A model generated the notes under the pieces. That model saw nothing but the letters and a program-made list of their open reading frames with translations, was not told the DNA's origin and did no database searches. Shown piece after piece: positions 49,283-61,737 of a stretch of DNA of 64,000 nt (positions are counted from its first letter, which is position 1; each line of letters starts with the position of its first letter). The translations under genes and the position numbers were made by a program. Origin of the DNA: Eledone cirrhosa (lineage: Eukaryota); the NCBI GenBank assembly GCA_964016885.1, contig OZ024751.1, positions 2,914,001 to 2,978,000 on the forward strand, written 5' to 3'.

Positions 49283-50600
49283 GACCCCTTGCAGCTCGGT
49301 AATGAAAGGGTTATGGGGGCAGGGGTTGTTGACTGCTTGTACCAGCGACTTGCAGTCACAGATGACATTGGGGGACTCCCAGCTGGTGTCAGCCTGTAAC
49401 CATAGGAGGGCTTGTTTGAATGCAATTCTTTCGGAATGAAAGGAACTGCTACGAGCGCCCGTCGGAGCGTGCCACTCGTGAACTACCTCTGCATTTTGGA
49501 TGATTACGAGCCCGGCGCCGCCATTGGTTGTACCGTCGCATGTTGATCCATCTGTATACACCACGCAAATGTCGACCGGGGGAGTGTCGATAGATGATCC
49601 AATGCCGCTTTAAGTTGTAGTGCTACTGGCATTGATTTGCTCACCGGTGTAAAGGTAGCAGGGATTGGTGGTGTTAATTCCCACGGCGGCTTCTTATGTG
49701 ATAGTTGCGTGTCTGTTGTCGAGGGTATGCCAAGACGATCAAAGGCTGGCAGCTGTCTACATCGCCAATCAAGACGGCGGAGTCAGCGTTGGTAGTTGGT
49801 TTCGATGATCGGAGGTGTGCCCATTCATCCGCTTTCAAGAGGGAGAGAGCATGAAAGCGGCATTCCAACGGTGGAAGGTGTGCTTCAAGTAGGACAGACC
49901 CAGTTGGTGTTGTGCGTACATGTTCAGTGATCGCTCGATCTGCTTCTAGTTGTGCTCTTTCAAGCTTGCCGATGCTAGTGGCTGACAACCAGGGAGCTCA
50001 GCCTGGGGAGCCGTACTCGGCCAGGCTGCGGTGCACTGCGATGTATACTTGACGAAGAACTGCGGTATGCCAGCCCCAGGATGTACCCCCAAGTGTGCGC
50101 AGGATGTTGACGCGCTGTTGAAGTTTTTGGCAGATCTTTATTACATGTTCCCCAAAGGAGAGTGTCCTATCATATGTGACGCCCCAAAAGACGGGATTAG
50201 AGTTAAAGGATAGTCTTACCCCGTCAATAGTAATATTTGGTTGCTACATCGCTTCTGCACTGGATGTTCCCAAAGAAGGTTGACTCGCATTTTGATGTGT
50301 TAAGTGGAAGTTTAACTTCTTTACTCCATGCTCTCACGTTATCCACTTCCTTTTGTAACCGTTGCGCTATTTCCTCCTTTTTCTTACTGGAGCACGCGTT
50401 AGCAAGATCATCGGTGTATGCGCTGACATGTGTTGTGTTGTCGAATTGATCGAGTAGACCATTTATGTAGATTGTGAAAAGCATTAGTGAAAGAAAAAAA
50501 CGGAACCTTGCGGTAGCCCTTCTTTAATAACGTGACAGCGACCAGTGGTCCCACTAATTTGGACTCTTGCTATACGGTTTGTAAACCAGGCGGATAACCA
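49283..50600 (-). mobile_element. RNase H-containing LINE (Ingi/I-group), upstream part, 5'-truncated in RT
   Basis: GLPQG, LFTIYIN and SAYTDDLA (RT); LERAQLEA.RAIT...TP...LLEAHLPPL; VYTDGS...GGAG and ICDCKS (RNase H N-terminal half). The frame joins the 43140-43720 piece across the Gypsy insertion. Confidence 0.87.
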
Positions 50601-50610
50601 CTGCTGCTGC

Positions 50611-50645
<35 letters not shown>

Positions 50646-50688
50646 TTGTTGTTACTGCTGTTGTTGTTACTGCTGTTGTTGTTGTGGC

Positions 50689-50720
<32 letters not shown>

Positions 50721-51046
50721 TTGTTGTTGTCGCTGTTGTTGTCGCTGTTGTTGTTTGTCGCTGTTGTTGTTGTCGCTGTTGTTGTTGTCGCTGTTGTTGT
50801 TGTTGTATCTGCTGGTGTTGTGTTGTTGTTGTTGTTCTGGTGTTTGTGTTGTTGTTAATGTTGTTGCTGTTCTTTTTGTTGTTGCTGTTGCTGGTGGTGT
50901 TGTTGCTGTTGTTGATGTTGTTGTTCCTGTTGTTGTTGGTGTTGGTGTTGTTGTTGTTGTGGTGTTGTTGTTGTTGCTGTTGTTGTTGCTGCTGTTGTTG
51001 TTGTTCCTGTTGTTGTTGGTGTTGGTGTTGTTGTTGTTGTTGCTGG

Positions 51047-51078
<32 letters not shown>

Positions 51079-51235
51079 GTGTTGTTGTTGTTGTTGCTGG
51101 TGTTGTTGTTGCTGGTGTTGTTGCTGGTGTTGCTGGTGTTGTTGTTGTTGCTGGTGTTGTTGTTGTTGCTGGTGTTGTTGTTGTTGCTGGTGTTGTTGCT
51201 GGTGCTGTTGTTGTTGTTGTTGTTGTTTGTGTTGA
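50601..51235. repeat. (TTG/CTG)n compound trinucleotide microsatellite
   Basis: Direct reading of the sequence; it is the source of the poly-Q/T/V/L/C ORFs. Confidence 0.96.
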
Positions 51236-51454
51236 GATGTCATAATAGATCAGAAGTTCTCAAAGTGGGCGCTACCGTTCCACGGTGGACATTGCGAATG
51301 TCCAGGGAGTACTGGGGCAAAAGGGGGTGGGGGTGGCGGTAGAGATGATATTAAATATAAAATTATACATATATATAAATACAGTAAAATATAAAATATA
51401 TAATATTTATTATACATAGTATATATTATATTATTTATTATGTATAAATTAACG

Positions 51455-51628
51455 GCGGTGGGTTGGCAGTATCGGTAGAGAGTCGGACGCTATGCTTTCC
51501 AGCATAGTTACGTCCCTTTACGGTCTGAGTTCAAATCCCGCCTTTCATCCTTACGGGGTCGATAAAATAAAGTACCAGTAATGTAGTGAGTAATTGATGG
51601 CCTTGTGCCAAATGTAGAAACAATTATA
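51455..51628 (+). mobile_element. tRNA-derived SINE with 12-bp TSD
   Basis: A/B boxes and core present; TATAAATTAACG at both 51443-51454 and 51629-51640. Confidence 0.92.
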
Positions 51629-51657
51629 TATAAATTAACGATTTTATTTATCATATA

Positions 51658-52313
51658 CTAGCAGTAAAGCCCGGCGTTGCTCGGGGTCGCTCAGTAGCTG
51701 TGTTAAAGTTACAATGTTAAGTTTCTTTTTTGGCTTAAAGTCTGTCTGCACGACTGTCTGTCTGCACGCCTAACGAAATTTACAGATACATATATTTTAA
51801 ATAAACTTATATAATTTTTGCTTTTTTTTACGAAATATTTGCTTGTTTTACGTAGTCTTTAAATAGACTTGTTTTCAAGTAAAAATATTGTTTTAAAAGG
51901 CTTTTAAATGGAAATGAAGCAAAACGGAAGCTTAGTGTTCGAACTGATGAATTTTGCAGGTCAAAATTTTGCTGGCTCGACAACTGTTCGTGTATTGTGT
52001 TAATGTCATTTTAAACGCTGAGAAAGCCAGCGTAATTTTTTTAATTTTTGCACGCAGAAAATGTAAACAGAACGTAAGACGCTCAATGTAAACAGAACAA
52101 AGGGAAATAACTCGTCACTTACGCTCAAAAATCGATACATTAGATTCGATTTCGTCACATAGGGTGGGTCAATTTGAAATATTTTTTTCCGATGTCTTCG
52201 CTAGGGCTCAATGTACAAGTATAGCAATTTCGGTGCAATTCCGTCAGAGATTCTAAGAGATGTGTGCCAAAAATCGATAGACAGACAGACAACCACAGCT
52301 TTATATATATAGA
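51658..52313 (-). mobile_element. Non-autonomous Helitron
   Basis: On the minus strand it begins A|TCTATATATATAAAG followed by (TGTC)n, and ends with the hairpin CCCGAGCAACGCCGGG then CTAG|T. Confidence 0.85.
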
Positions 52314-52637
52314 TTATTTACAATTTGCATGTAGGTTGGTCTATCTGGAAATAGGGGTGGGGGCGCTGAGTTTATTACGTGGCCTGAGCAGGGTGGTGGC
52401 CCAAAACGTTTGAGAACCTCGGAATTAGAATGACTGAAACCCTACTGTTGCTATTCCTGCTGCTGCTGTTATATCAATGTCAATCTAGGCAATGGGGTGG
52501 GGAGCTACCATATTAGACTGGGGAACCCTACAGATTTTTCAATAGATTTTACTTCAGCAAGACCCTGGAATTCTGGAATAATTCTTATCTGATCAATTCG
52601 CGGACTTCGTAGGAGGGGAGCGACAGCAAAGAGACGT

Positions 52638-53222
52638 CATCAACATCATCACCACTATCATCATAATTATTATCATCATCAGCACAATCATCAACATTAC
52701 CACGACCATCTTCGTCAAAACCACCACCACCGTCATTGTCAACATCACCCATTATCATCATCACCAGTGGTGTTGTTGTGACTGTAGTGGTGTAGTGGTG
52801 TCAGTTGCAATTGTGGTAGTCGAAGCATAATCATCATCACCATCACCATCATCACCATCATCATCATTATCATCATCATAACCATCATCATCATAATCAT
52901 CACCACCATCATCCTCACCATCATCAACATCATCATCATAATCGTATCCTTCACCACCATCATCAACAGCAGCCTTTACGTGCGGTACTGACAGCTTTTG
53001 CCGGTGATAGTGACAGCGGTGATGAAGGCGGTGTTGGTGTTGCGAGTTTTGGCGGTGATGATAGTAATGCTGATGCTGCTAATGTTGTTGATGGTGGTGG
53101 TGATGGTGATGGGATGGTGGTCGTGATGATAGTGGTGATGATGGTGGTGATGATTATGGTGGTGGTAACTATGATGGTGATGGTGATGGGATGGTGGCGG
53201 TGGTGATGATGGTGGTGGTGGT
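52638..53222. repeat. (CAT/CAC)n and (GAT/GGT)n compound microsatellites
   Basis: Direct reading of the sequence. Confidence 0.85.
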
Positions 53223-53366
53223 AATAATACTTTAGGCACAAGGTCATCAATTTTTGAGGAAGGGGATGTCGATTAAATTGACCCCAGTGCATTACTGGTA
53301 CTTTATTTTATCGACTCCGTAAGGATGAAAGGTAAAGCTAACCTTGGTGGGATTTGAACTCAGACC
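53223..53366 (-). mobile_element. tRNA-derived SINE (long-3' variant), 5'-truncated
   Basis: Reverse complement of B-box, core, GGGGTCAATTTAATCGAC and CCTTGTGCC. Confidence 0.82.
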
Positions 53367-53384
53367 TGTTGGTGATGAGCAGTC

Positions 53385-53690
53385 TGATCATGATGAGGGT
53401 GATGATAATGATGGTGATGGTGGTGATGGTGGTGATAATGATGGCGGTGATGGTGGTGATAATGATGGCGATGATGGTGGTGATGGTGGTCGTGATGGTG
53501 GTGATAATGATGGCGGTGATGGTGGTGATGGTGTTGGTGATGATAATGATGGCGGTGATGACAGTAGTGGGGATAGGGATGATGGCGATGATAATGATGG
53601 CGGTGATGACAGTAGTGGGGATGGGGATGATGGCGATGATAATAATGATGGTGATGGTGATGATGATGATGGTGGTGACGATGTTGATGA
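53385..53690. repeat. (GATGGT/GAT)n compound microsatellite
   Basis: Direct reading of the sequence. Confidence 0.9.
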
Positions 53691-53919
53691 AATGACAGGG
53701 TGAAGAAGACGACATGGAAAATGATGAACATATCCAATCTAAAGTAGAATTGTCCAGGAACGTTGCGAGGGATGTGTTGGGTGGGATAGGTGTAGGGTAG
53801 TATAGTGAGGTGTGGTGTTAAGGTTTGAGTAGCGTGTGATGACACGGCCCCATGCCACCTTGACATCGGCTGTCACCATCTCTAGGGAACACATGTCAAC
53901 ACAGTTGGGTTTTAGGGGG

Positions 53920-53955
<36 letters not shown>

Positions 53956-54019
53956 GACAGGTGTGAGAGAGAAACAGAGAATATGAGGGAGAGACAAAAC
54001 ATAGATAAAGGGTGTGAAG

Positions 54020-54469
54020 GAGAGAGATATATAGAGACAGAGAGGCGGAGGGTGAGAGAGATATATAGAGACAGAGAGGCGGAAGGTAAGAGAGAGATAT
54101 AGAGACAGAGAGGCGGAGGGTGAGAGAGAGATATAGACAGAGAGGCGGAAGGTGAGAGAGATATATAGAGACAGAGAGGCGGAGGGTGAGAGAGAGATAT
54201 AGAGACAGAGAGGCGGAAGGTGAGAGAGAGATATAGAGACAGAGAGGCGGAGGGTGAGAGAGATATATAGACAGAGAGGCGGAGGGTGAGAGAGATATAT
54301 AGAGACAGAGAGGCGGAGGGTGAGAGAGATATATAGAGACAGAGAGGCGGAAGGTGAGAGAGAGATATAGAGACAGAGAGGCGGAGGGTGAGAGAGAGAT
54401 ATAGAGACAGAGAGGCGGAGGGTGAGAGAGAGATATAGAGACAGAGAGGTGGAAGGTGAGAGAGAGATA
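54020..54469. repeat. ~32-bp tandem minisatellite GAGAGATATATAGAGACAGAGAGGCGGAGGGT
   Basis: About 13-14 near-identical units. Confidence 0.92.
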
Positions 54470-54645
54470 CAGTATCGGTAGAGGGTCGGACGCCATGCTT
54501 TCCAGCATAGTTACGTCCCTTTACGGTCTGAGTTCAAATCCCGTCGAGGTTAACTTTACCTTTCATCCTTACCGGGTCGATAAAATAAAGTACCAGTAAT
54601 GAACTGGTTAAATGCTGGCCATGTGCCAAAAGTAGAAACAATTAT
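54470..54645 (+). mobile_element. tRNA-derived SINE
   Basis: Same family as 36400-36579. Confidence 0.9.
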
Positions 54646-54676
54646 ATTTATTATACATAGACATAAAGGGATACAT

Positions 54677-54875
54677 TGGTAGAGTTGCTGGAGCGTCGAA
54701 CAAATGTTCTGATATATTTGTTCTGGCTGCTTTCATTCTAAGTTCCAATCCCGCCGAGGTCAGCTTTGTCTTTAATATTTCGATAATATATGGTACCAGT
54801 CACGTACTGGGTCGATGTCATTGACTTTCCTCACACTACAAATTGTTGGTATTCTGCCTAAATGAGAAACCATTA
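54677..54875 (+). mobile_element. tRNA-derived SINE, diverged variant
   Basis: AAGTTCCAATCCCGCCGAGGTC...GTACCAGTC..GTACTGGGTCGATG...AGAAACCATTAT. Confidence 0.7.
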
Positions 54876-55256
54876 TGCATAAATATATCGCATATGCTTT
54901 CATATACACCTTTACTATACAATAATATACTATACTGTACTATACTATACTATATTGTACTATACTGTACTATACTGTACTATACTACACTGTACTATAC
55001 TATACTGTACTGTACTATACTATACTGCACTGTGCTGTACTATAATATACTATAATATACTGTACTATAATGTACTATACTGTATTGTTCAATACTGTAT
55101 TATACTACACTTTATTATAGTATATCATACTGTGCGGTACTATACTATATTAGACTATACTGTACTATACTATACTGTACTATAATATACTATACTATAC
55201 TGTACTATACTATCGTGTGCTGTACTGTACTATACTATACTGTACTTTACTACACT

Positions 55257-55434
55257 GGCAGTATCGGTAGAGGGTTGGACGTCATGCTTTCTAGCATAGT
55301 TACGTCCCTTTATGGTCTGAGTTCAAATCCCGTCGAGGTTAACTTTGCCTTTCATCTTTATGGGGTCGATAAAATAAAGTACCAGTAATGTACTGGGTAA
55401 TTGCTGGCCTTGTGCCAAAAGTAGAAACAATTAT
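55257..55434 (+). mobile_element. tRNA-derived SINE
   Basis: Full head, core and tail of the family. Confidence 0.92.
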
Positions 55435-55597
55435 AGTATAGTGTACTGTACTGTACTATACTATACTATACTGTACTATACAATACTATACTATATATAC
55501 TGTACTGTACTATATTATATTATCCTATTCTATACTATACTGTACTATACTATACTATACTATACTGTACTATAATATACTGTGCTATACTATACAG

Positions 55598-56563
55598 CAG
55601 TGGTCGCCAACATGGGTTCCGCGGAACCTTGGGGTTCCGTAAAACAAACTCCGGGTTCCTTAAAAAAATAAATATTTACATTACCATTAATATTTTGGGT
55701 TTTCTGAAAAAGGTGCAAAGAAAATTGCCAAAGGTGCAATGTATAAATGAACAAGTACTATTGTAGTGTACACAGGTTCTCCACTTCAATTCGTGGAAAA
55801 CACTACTTTCAGTTTCTCACTTGAATTAGCAGAAAAACACTGTTCTGAGATTCGTGGAAATTGAATACTTTCAATTTCACATCAATTCACATCATTTTTT
55901 TGATTTCCATGTGTCTAACACACGTGAGCATGCCCACAAAGTCAGAAAACAGCACAGTTCCCATGACTTTCGGAAACATTTTTTCACGCTCAGAGTTGCT
56001 GAAGCATGGAACAAACTGCCTGCATCGGTTGTTAGCTGTCGAGACACTGCATCCTTTAAGGCCTCCATGCTTCCCGAGATCCGCCAACACTACACCTAAT
56101 GTTCCCCCTCCATACACATACACACATGTATACCATGACTCATACACTATTCACTTCCCTGACATTTGTGTATTATTTTATGTACTATACATACACCTTT
56201 GACGAGTTGTAGTGCACCTGAGCACTTTACACAATAATTTCATTATTATTATTCTTGGAAAGACATAGTTTTCTGAATTCCGAGAATTTGACTACTACTG
56301 ATAATACACTAATTGAACTTAGAAATTGACCAATCACAAACAAGTAAATGTTGGTCGGTGACAGCATAACTTTAAACTGAAAACTTCAGTTCAGCGAGGT
56401 CTCTCAGCCGAGAGACTGGGTCAGTTCGCTGTTCTCACAACGTAAGTTCACTAAAATAAATAAATACTTTATTATTTTTTTTTTTAAGTTTTGTATTGTA
56501 TAGGTTCCGTGAAGAATTCAACATATTTAGGTTCCTCGGTTTTTAGAAAGGTTGGCGACCACT
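55598..56563. mobile_element. hAT-like non-autonomous element containing a CR1 fragment
   Basis: TIRs CAGTGGTCGCCAAC / GTTGGCGACCACT and GGTTCC subterminal motifs like those of the 42576 MITE. Confidence 0.8.
55893..56253 (+). mobile_element. CR1-clade LINE 3' fragment
   Basis: TREHAHKV...RKHFFTLRVAEAWNKLP...SFK motif; the 3' UTR and (ATT)n tail match 37045-37418. Confidence 0.88.
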
Positions 56564-59500
56564 ATATTGCATTATACTATACTGTACTATACTATACGAT
56601 ACTAAACTGTACTATACTATACTGTACTATACTCTATTGTACAATACTATACTATTCTATACGGTACTATACTGTACTATAACATACTACATTATACTCT
56701 AATATACTGTACTGTACTATACTATATTATACTCTGCTGTACTATACTATACTGTACTATACTATACTATATTGTACTATACTATATTGTACTATACAAT
56801 ACTATACAATACTTTACGATACTCTATATACTGTACTGTACTATACTATACTGTTCTATACTATACTGTACTATACTCTACTACACTATACTCTACACTA
56901 CTATAATGTACTATACTATATTCTAATATAATATACTATATTGTACTATACTGTACTATACTATACAACAATATACTATAATATGCTGTACTATACGATA
57001 CTAAACTATACTATACTATACTGTACTATGATATACTATACTCTACTGTACTATAATGTACTGTGCTATGCTATACTATACTGAAATATAATATACTGTA
57101 CTCTACTATAAATCCATACTGTACTATACTGTACTGTACTATACTATACTGTGCTATACTATACTGTACTTTACTGCACTATACCATACTGTTCTATACT
57201 ATACTATACTCTACTATATTATACTATACTGTACTATGCTATACTGTACTATACTATAATGTACTGTACTGTACTATACTATACTACACATTACTCTACT
57301 CTACTACTACACTGTATTATAGTATAGTGTACTGAGCTGCACTATACTACACTAAACTGTACTATACTGTACTGTACTATACTATACTATACTATACTTT
57401 ACTATACTATACTATACTATACTATACTATACTATACTATACTATACTATACTATACTATACTATACTATACTATACTATACTATACTAAACTATGCTAT
57501 CCTATACTATATTGTATTATACTATACTGTACTATGCTATACTATAAAGTACTGTACTATACTATACTACACTATACTAGACTATACTGCATTACACTAT
57601 ACTATACTATTCTATACTATACTGTACTATACTATACTATACTATACTATACTATACTATACTATACTATACTATACTATACTATACTATACTATACTAT
57701 ACTATATTGTATTATACTATACTGTACTATGCTATACTATAAAGTACTGTACTGTACTATACTATACTACACTATACTAGACTATACTGCATTACACTAT
57801 ACTATACTATACTATACTGTACTATAATATACTGTATTATAGTGTACTATACTGTACTATACTGTACTGTATTATAGTGTACTATACTGTACTATACTTT
57901 ACTATAATGTACTGTGCAATACTGTACTAAACTGTACTATAATGTACTGTACTATACTATACTATACTGTACTACACTATACAAAACTAGACTATGCTAT
58001 ACAATTCTATACTATAATATAATATACAATACTATACTGTACTATACTGTACTATACTATACTGTACAATACTGTACTATACTACACTGTATTATAGTAT
58101 ATTGTACTGTACTGTACTATACTATGTTATATTATACAGTACTATACTATACTATATATACTGTACTCTGTTGTACTATACTATACTATACAGTACTCTA
58201 CTATACTGCACTATACAATATGGCGTCCGACCCTCTTGTAGTATATTATAATGTTCTGTACAATACCGTGTTATACTATAGTATACTATACTATACTGTA
58301 CTATACTATACGATACAGGACTATAGTATACTATACTAAACTATATTGTTTTATAAAATACTATACTATACTATACTCTACTCTACTATACTCTATTATA
58401 CTATATTCTGCTATACTATACACTACTGTACTATATTCTACTATAATATACTGTACCATAAAATACTATACTGTACTATACTATACTATAATATACGATA
58501 CTATACTGTAGTATACTATAATGTACTACGCTATAGTATACTTTACTATACTATATTGTTCTATAGAATAATGTACTATACTAAACTGTAGTGAACTATA
58601 GTATATTATACTGTACTAAACTATACTGTACAATTCTATACTGTACTATACTATACTATACTATACTATACTATACTGGTCTATACTGGTCTATACTATA
58701 TTATACTATACTACATTATACAAAGCAATACTATATTATACATTACTATACTATTCTGTACTATACTGTAATATACTATACTGTAATATAATATTCTATA
58801 CTATACTGTACTATTCTGTACTTTACTATACTATACTATATTATAATATACTGTATTATAATATACTCTACTATCTATACTATACTTTATTATACTATAC
58901 TAAACTATACAATACTCTACTGTATTATTCTATACTCTACTGATTTATACACTACTGTACTATACTGTACTATAATATACTTTACTGTGCTATACTGTAT
59001 TATACAATACTGTACTACACTGCAAAATACTATACTATACTATACTCTTCTATACTATACTATACTATACTATATTCTACTATAGTCTACTGTATTGCAC
59101 TATACTGTACTATAATATACTGTACTCAACGCTACTCTACTATACTGTACTCAACTCTACTCTACTATAATGTACTCAACTCTACTCTTCACACTATACT
59201 GTACTATACTATATTCTACTATAGTATATAATACTATACTCTTCTATATTGTACTACACTATACTATATTATACTATACACTACTCTACTGAACTATGAT
59301 ATACTATGCTATACTATACTGTACTGTACGGTACTATACTATACTGAACTTTACTATACAGTACTATACAATACTGTACTATAGTATACTGTAATATACT
59401 CTACTATACTATAGTGTACTATACTGTACTGTACAATACTTTACTATACTGTACAATACTGTAATATACTGTACTATATTATACTATATAATACTATACT

Positions 59501-60702
59501 ATACTGTACTATACTATGATATACTTTACTATACTGTACTATGCTATACTAAACTTAAATATAGTCTACTGTACTGTATTGCGCTATACTATATTATATT
59601 GTACTATACTATATTGTACTATATTGTACTATACTATATTGTACTATACTATAATATAATATAGTATACTATATCATACTATATTATACTATACTATACT
59701 ATACTATACTATACTATACTATACTATACTATACTATACTATACTATACTATACTATACTATATGCTATGTTTCAATACTGTACTATACTATAATGTAAT
59801 AAACTGTACTATACTATACTATACTATACTATACTATACTATACTATACTATACTATACTATACTATACTATACTATACTATACTGGACTATAGTATATT
59901 ATACACTACTATACTACACTGTATTATAGTATAATGTACTGTATTGTGATATACTATACTGTACTATAATATACTATACTATACTACACTATACTATACT
60001 GGACAATCCTATAGTATCGTATACTGAACTATACTATACTATACAATACTATGCTATACTATACTATACTGTACTATACTATACTGTACAATATTATACT
60101 GTACTGTACTGTACTATTCTATACTATACTCTATTGTACTGTATTATGATGTAGTATACTATACTATACTGTACTATACTGTAATATATTGTACTGTACT
60201 GTACTATATTATACTGTACTATACTATACTGTACTATAATATTTTACATATACGATACTATACTATACTCTATTTTGTACTACTGAACTATACTATACTA
60301 TAATAAACTATACTATAGCCTACTATAGTATTATTTAGGTTGGCTCCGTTGTTTTATTAAAAAAACAGAATTAGTCGTTCAGTTTACATTTTCAGAACCC
60401 AACCTATTCTATTTATTTTATAACGTATGAGATTTCTAGCAATGTATAATGTTTTTTAATGTATAAAGAAAATTAATTGTCGCAGGAATGCTACCACTTA
60501 AAATAAAAGTTCGCCGGAGGTAGATTAGCAAAATTTAATAAGTAGAGGTGGGATGGTGGGGTGGGTGGAAAAATCTGGAAAATTAATGGAGGTGGGCGGA
60601 GCGATTATTGGAGACCCGAGAATATATCATTTGTAGATATATGCTAGGATACTGTTACGACGTTTATGTAATTATATTCTAGAAATTAATTATTAAAATA
60701 TT

Positions 60703-60800
60703 CCGCTGAGGTTAACTTTGCCTTTCATCCTTGTGGGATCGATAAAATAAAGTACCACGGGGATAATTGCTGGCCTTGTGCCAAAAGTAGAAACAATTAT
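60703..60800 (+). mobile_element. SINE 3' half
   Basis: Core and tail of the family. Confidence 0.85.
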
Positions 60801-61190
60801 TTTCTTTAATCACTTCCACTACAAACTATAGGGTTTCTCTCATGCAAACCTTTAATTTATCAAAACACGGTTGTTCATATAGCCAATAATCCTAGTGGAG
60901 TCATTCTATAATCAAAATAAACTATGTTTTCTTTTTCTATCAATTCTATCAATTTTCTCCACTTTGTATGATTATTCATACATCCGGTTAATTTGGTATA
61001 TATGACATACCAATCTTAGACAAAAATGTAATACATTCAACGCTATTGCTGTCATTATTGACGGCACGGGTCAACTACTCGTGGTATATTATGACATACC
61101 AATCCTGGACTTCAAAATGTAATACATTCAACACTACTGCGTGGGCTTCAAATATTAAATACATTCAACGCTTTTACTGTCATTATTGAC

Positions 61191-61377
61191 AGGGTGGAAT
61201 GGCAGTATCGGTAGAGGGTCGGACGCCATGCTTTGACGCATAGTTACGGCCCTTGCCATTCTGAGTTCAAATCCCGCCGAGGTTAACTTTGCCTTTCATC
61301 CTTATGGGGTCGATAAAATAAAGTACCAGTAATACACTGGGTTTTGCTGGCCTTGTGCTAAAAGTAGAAACAATTAT
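61191..61377 (+). mobile_element. tRNA-derived SINE
   Basis: Full copy, with ATTATTGACA on both sides. Confidence 0.9.
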
Positions 61378-61388
61378 TGACAGTACTG

Positions 61389-61532
61389 GTTTCAAATCCC
61401 GTTGAGGTTAGCTTTACCTTTCATCCTTACAGGGTCGATGAAATAAAGTACCAGTAACACACCGGGGTCGATTTAATCGAATTTCCTCTCCCCTAAAATG
61501 GTTCGCCTTGTGCCTAAGTCAGAACCATTATT
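61389..61532 (+). mobile_element. tRNA-derived SINE (long-3' variant), 5'-truncated
   Basis: TTCAAATCCC, core, GGGGTCGATTTAATCG and CCTTGTGCC. Confidence 0.85.
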
Positions 61533-61737
61533 GACTGCACTGGTCCACCAGTCTTGGTATATATGATATACCAATCCTGGACTCTAAATATTAAATATAT
61601 TCAACGCTATTGCCGTCATTACTAACGGTACGGGTTCACGACTATAGTCCATCACTGTACATATAGTCTAATATATATTGTTCTAATATATAGCTCTAAT
61701 TTTATTGACGGTACGGGTTCACTATTAGACTCCATCG

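Larger units (their letters stand above)
51251..52422. mobile_element. hAT-like MITE expanded by a nested SINE and Helitron
   Basis: Ends CAGAAGTTCTCAAA / TTTGAGAACCTCGG (degenerate TIRs) with GC-rich subterminal motifs. TSD unclear. Confidence 0.6.
54910..60330. repeat. (TACTA/TACTG)n pentanucleotide satellite, interrupted by a SINE and a hAT element
   Basis: Long pure (ATACT)n runs, e.g. 57400-57488 and 59685-59760. Confidence 0.96.
60980..61735. repeat. Degenerate ~90-bp tandem repeat interrupted by two SINEs
   Basis: Recurring TATGACATACCAATC...AATACATTCAACGCTATTGCTGTCATTATTGACGG.ACGGGT. Confidence 0.7.

Noticed and set aside
50554-51342. Poly-Q/poly-L/poly-C protein gene
   Set aside because: A pure trinucleotide microsatellite open in most frames, with no splice or domain context.
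53338-53866. His-rich or Asp/Gly-rich biomineralisation-type protein
   Set aside because: A (GAT/GGT)n microsatellite open on both strands.
54843-58791. Tyr-rich YYTIL ORFs
   Set aside because: Translations of the (TACTA)n satellite.
36400-61532. tRNA genes at the A/B-box motifs
   Set aside because: There is no complete cloverleaf; each motif continues into the same SINE core and tail.
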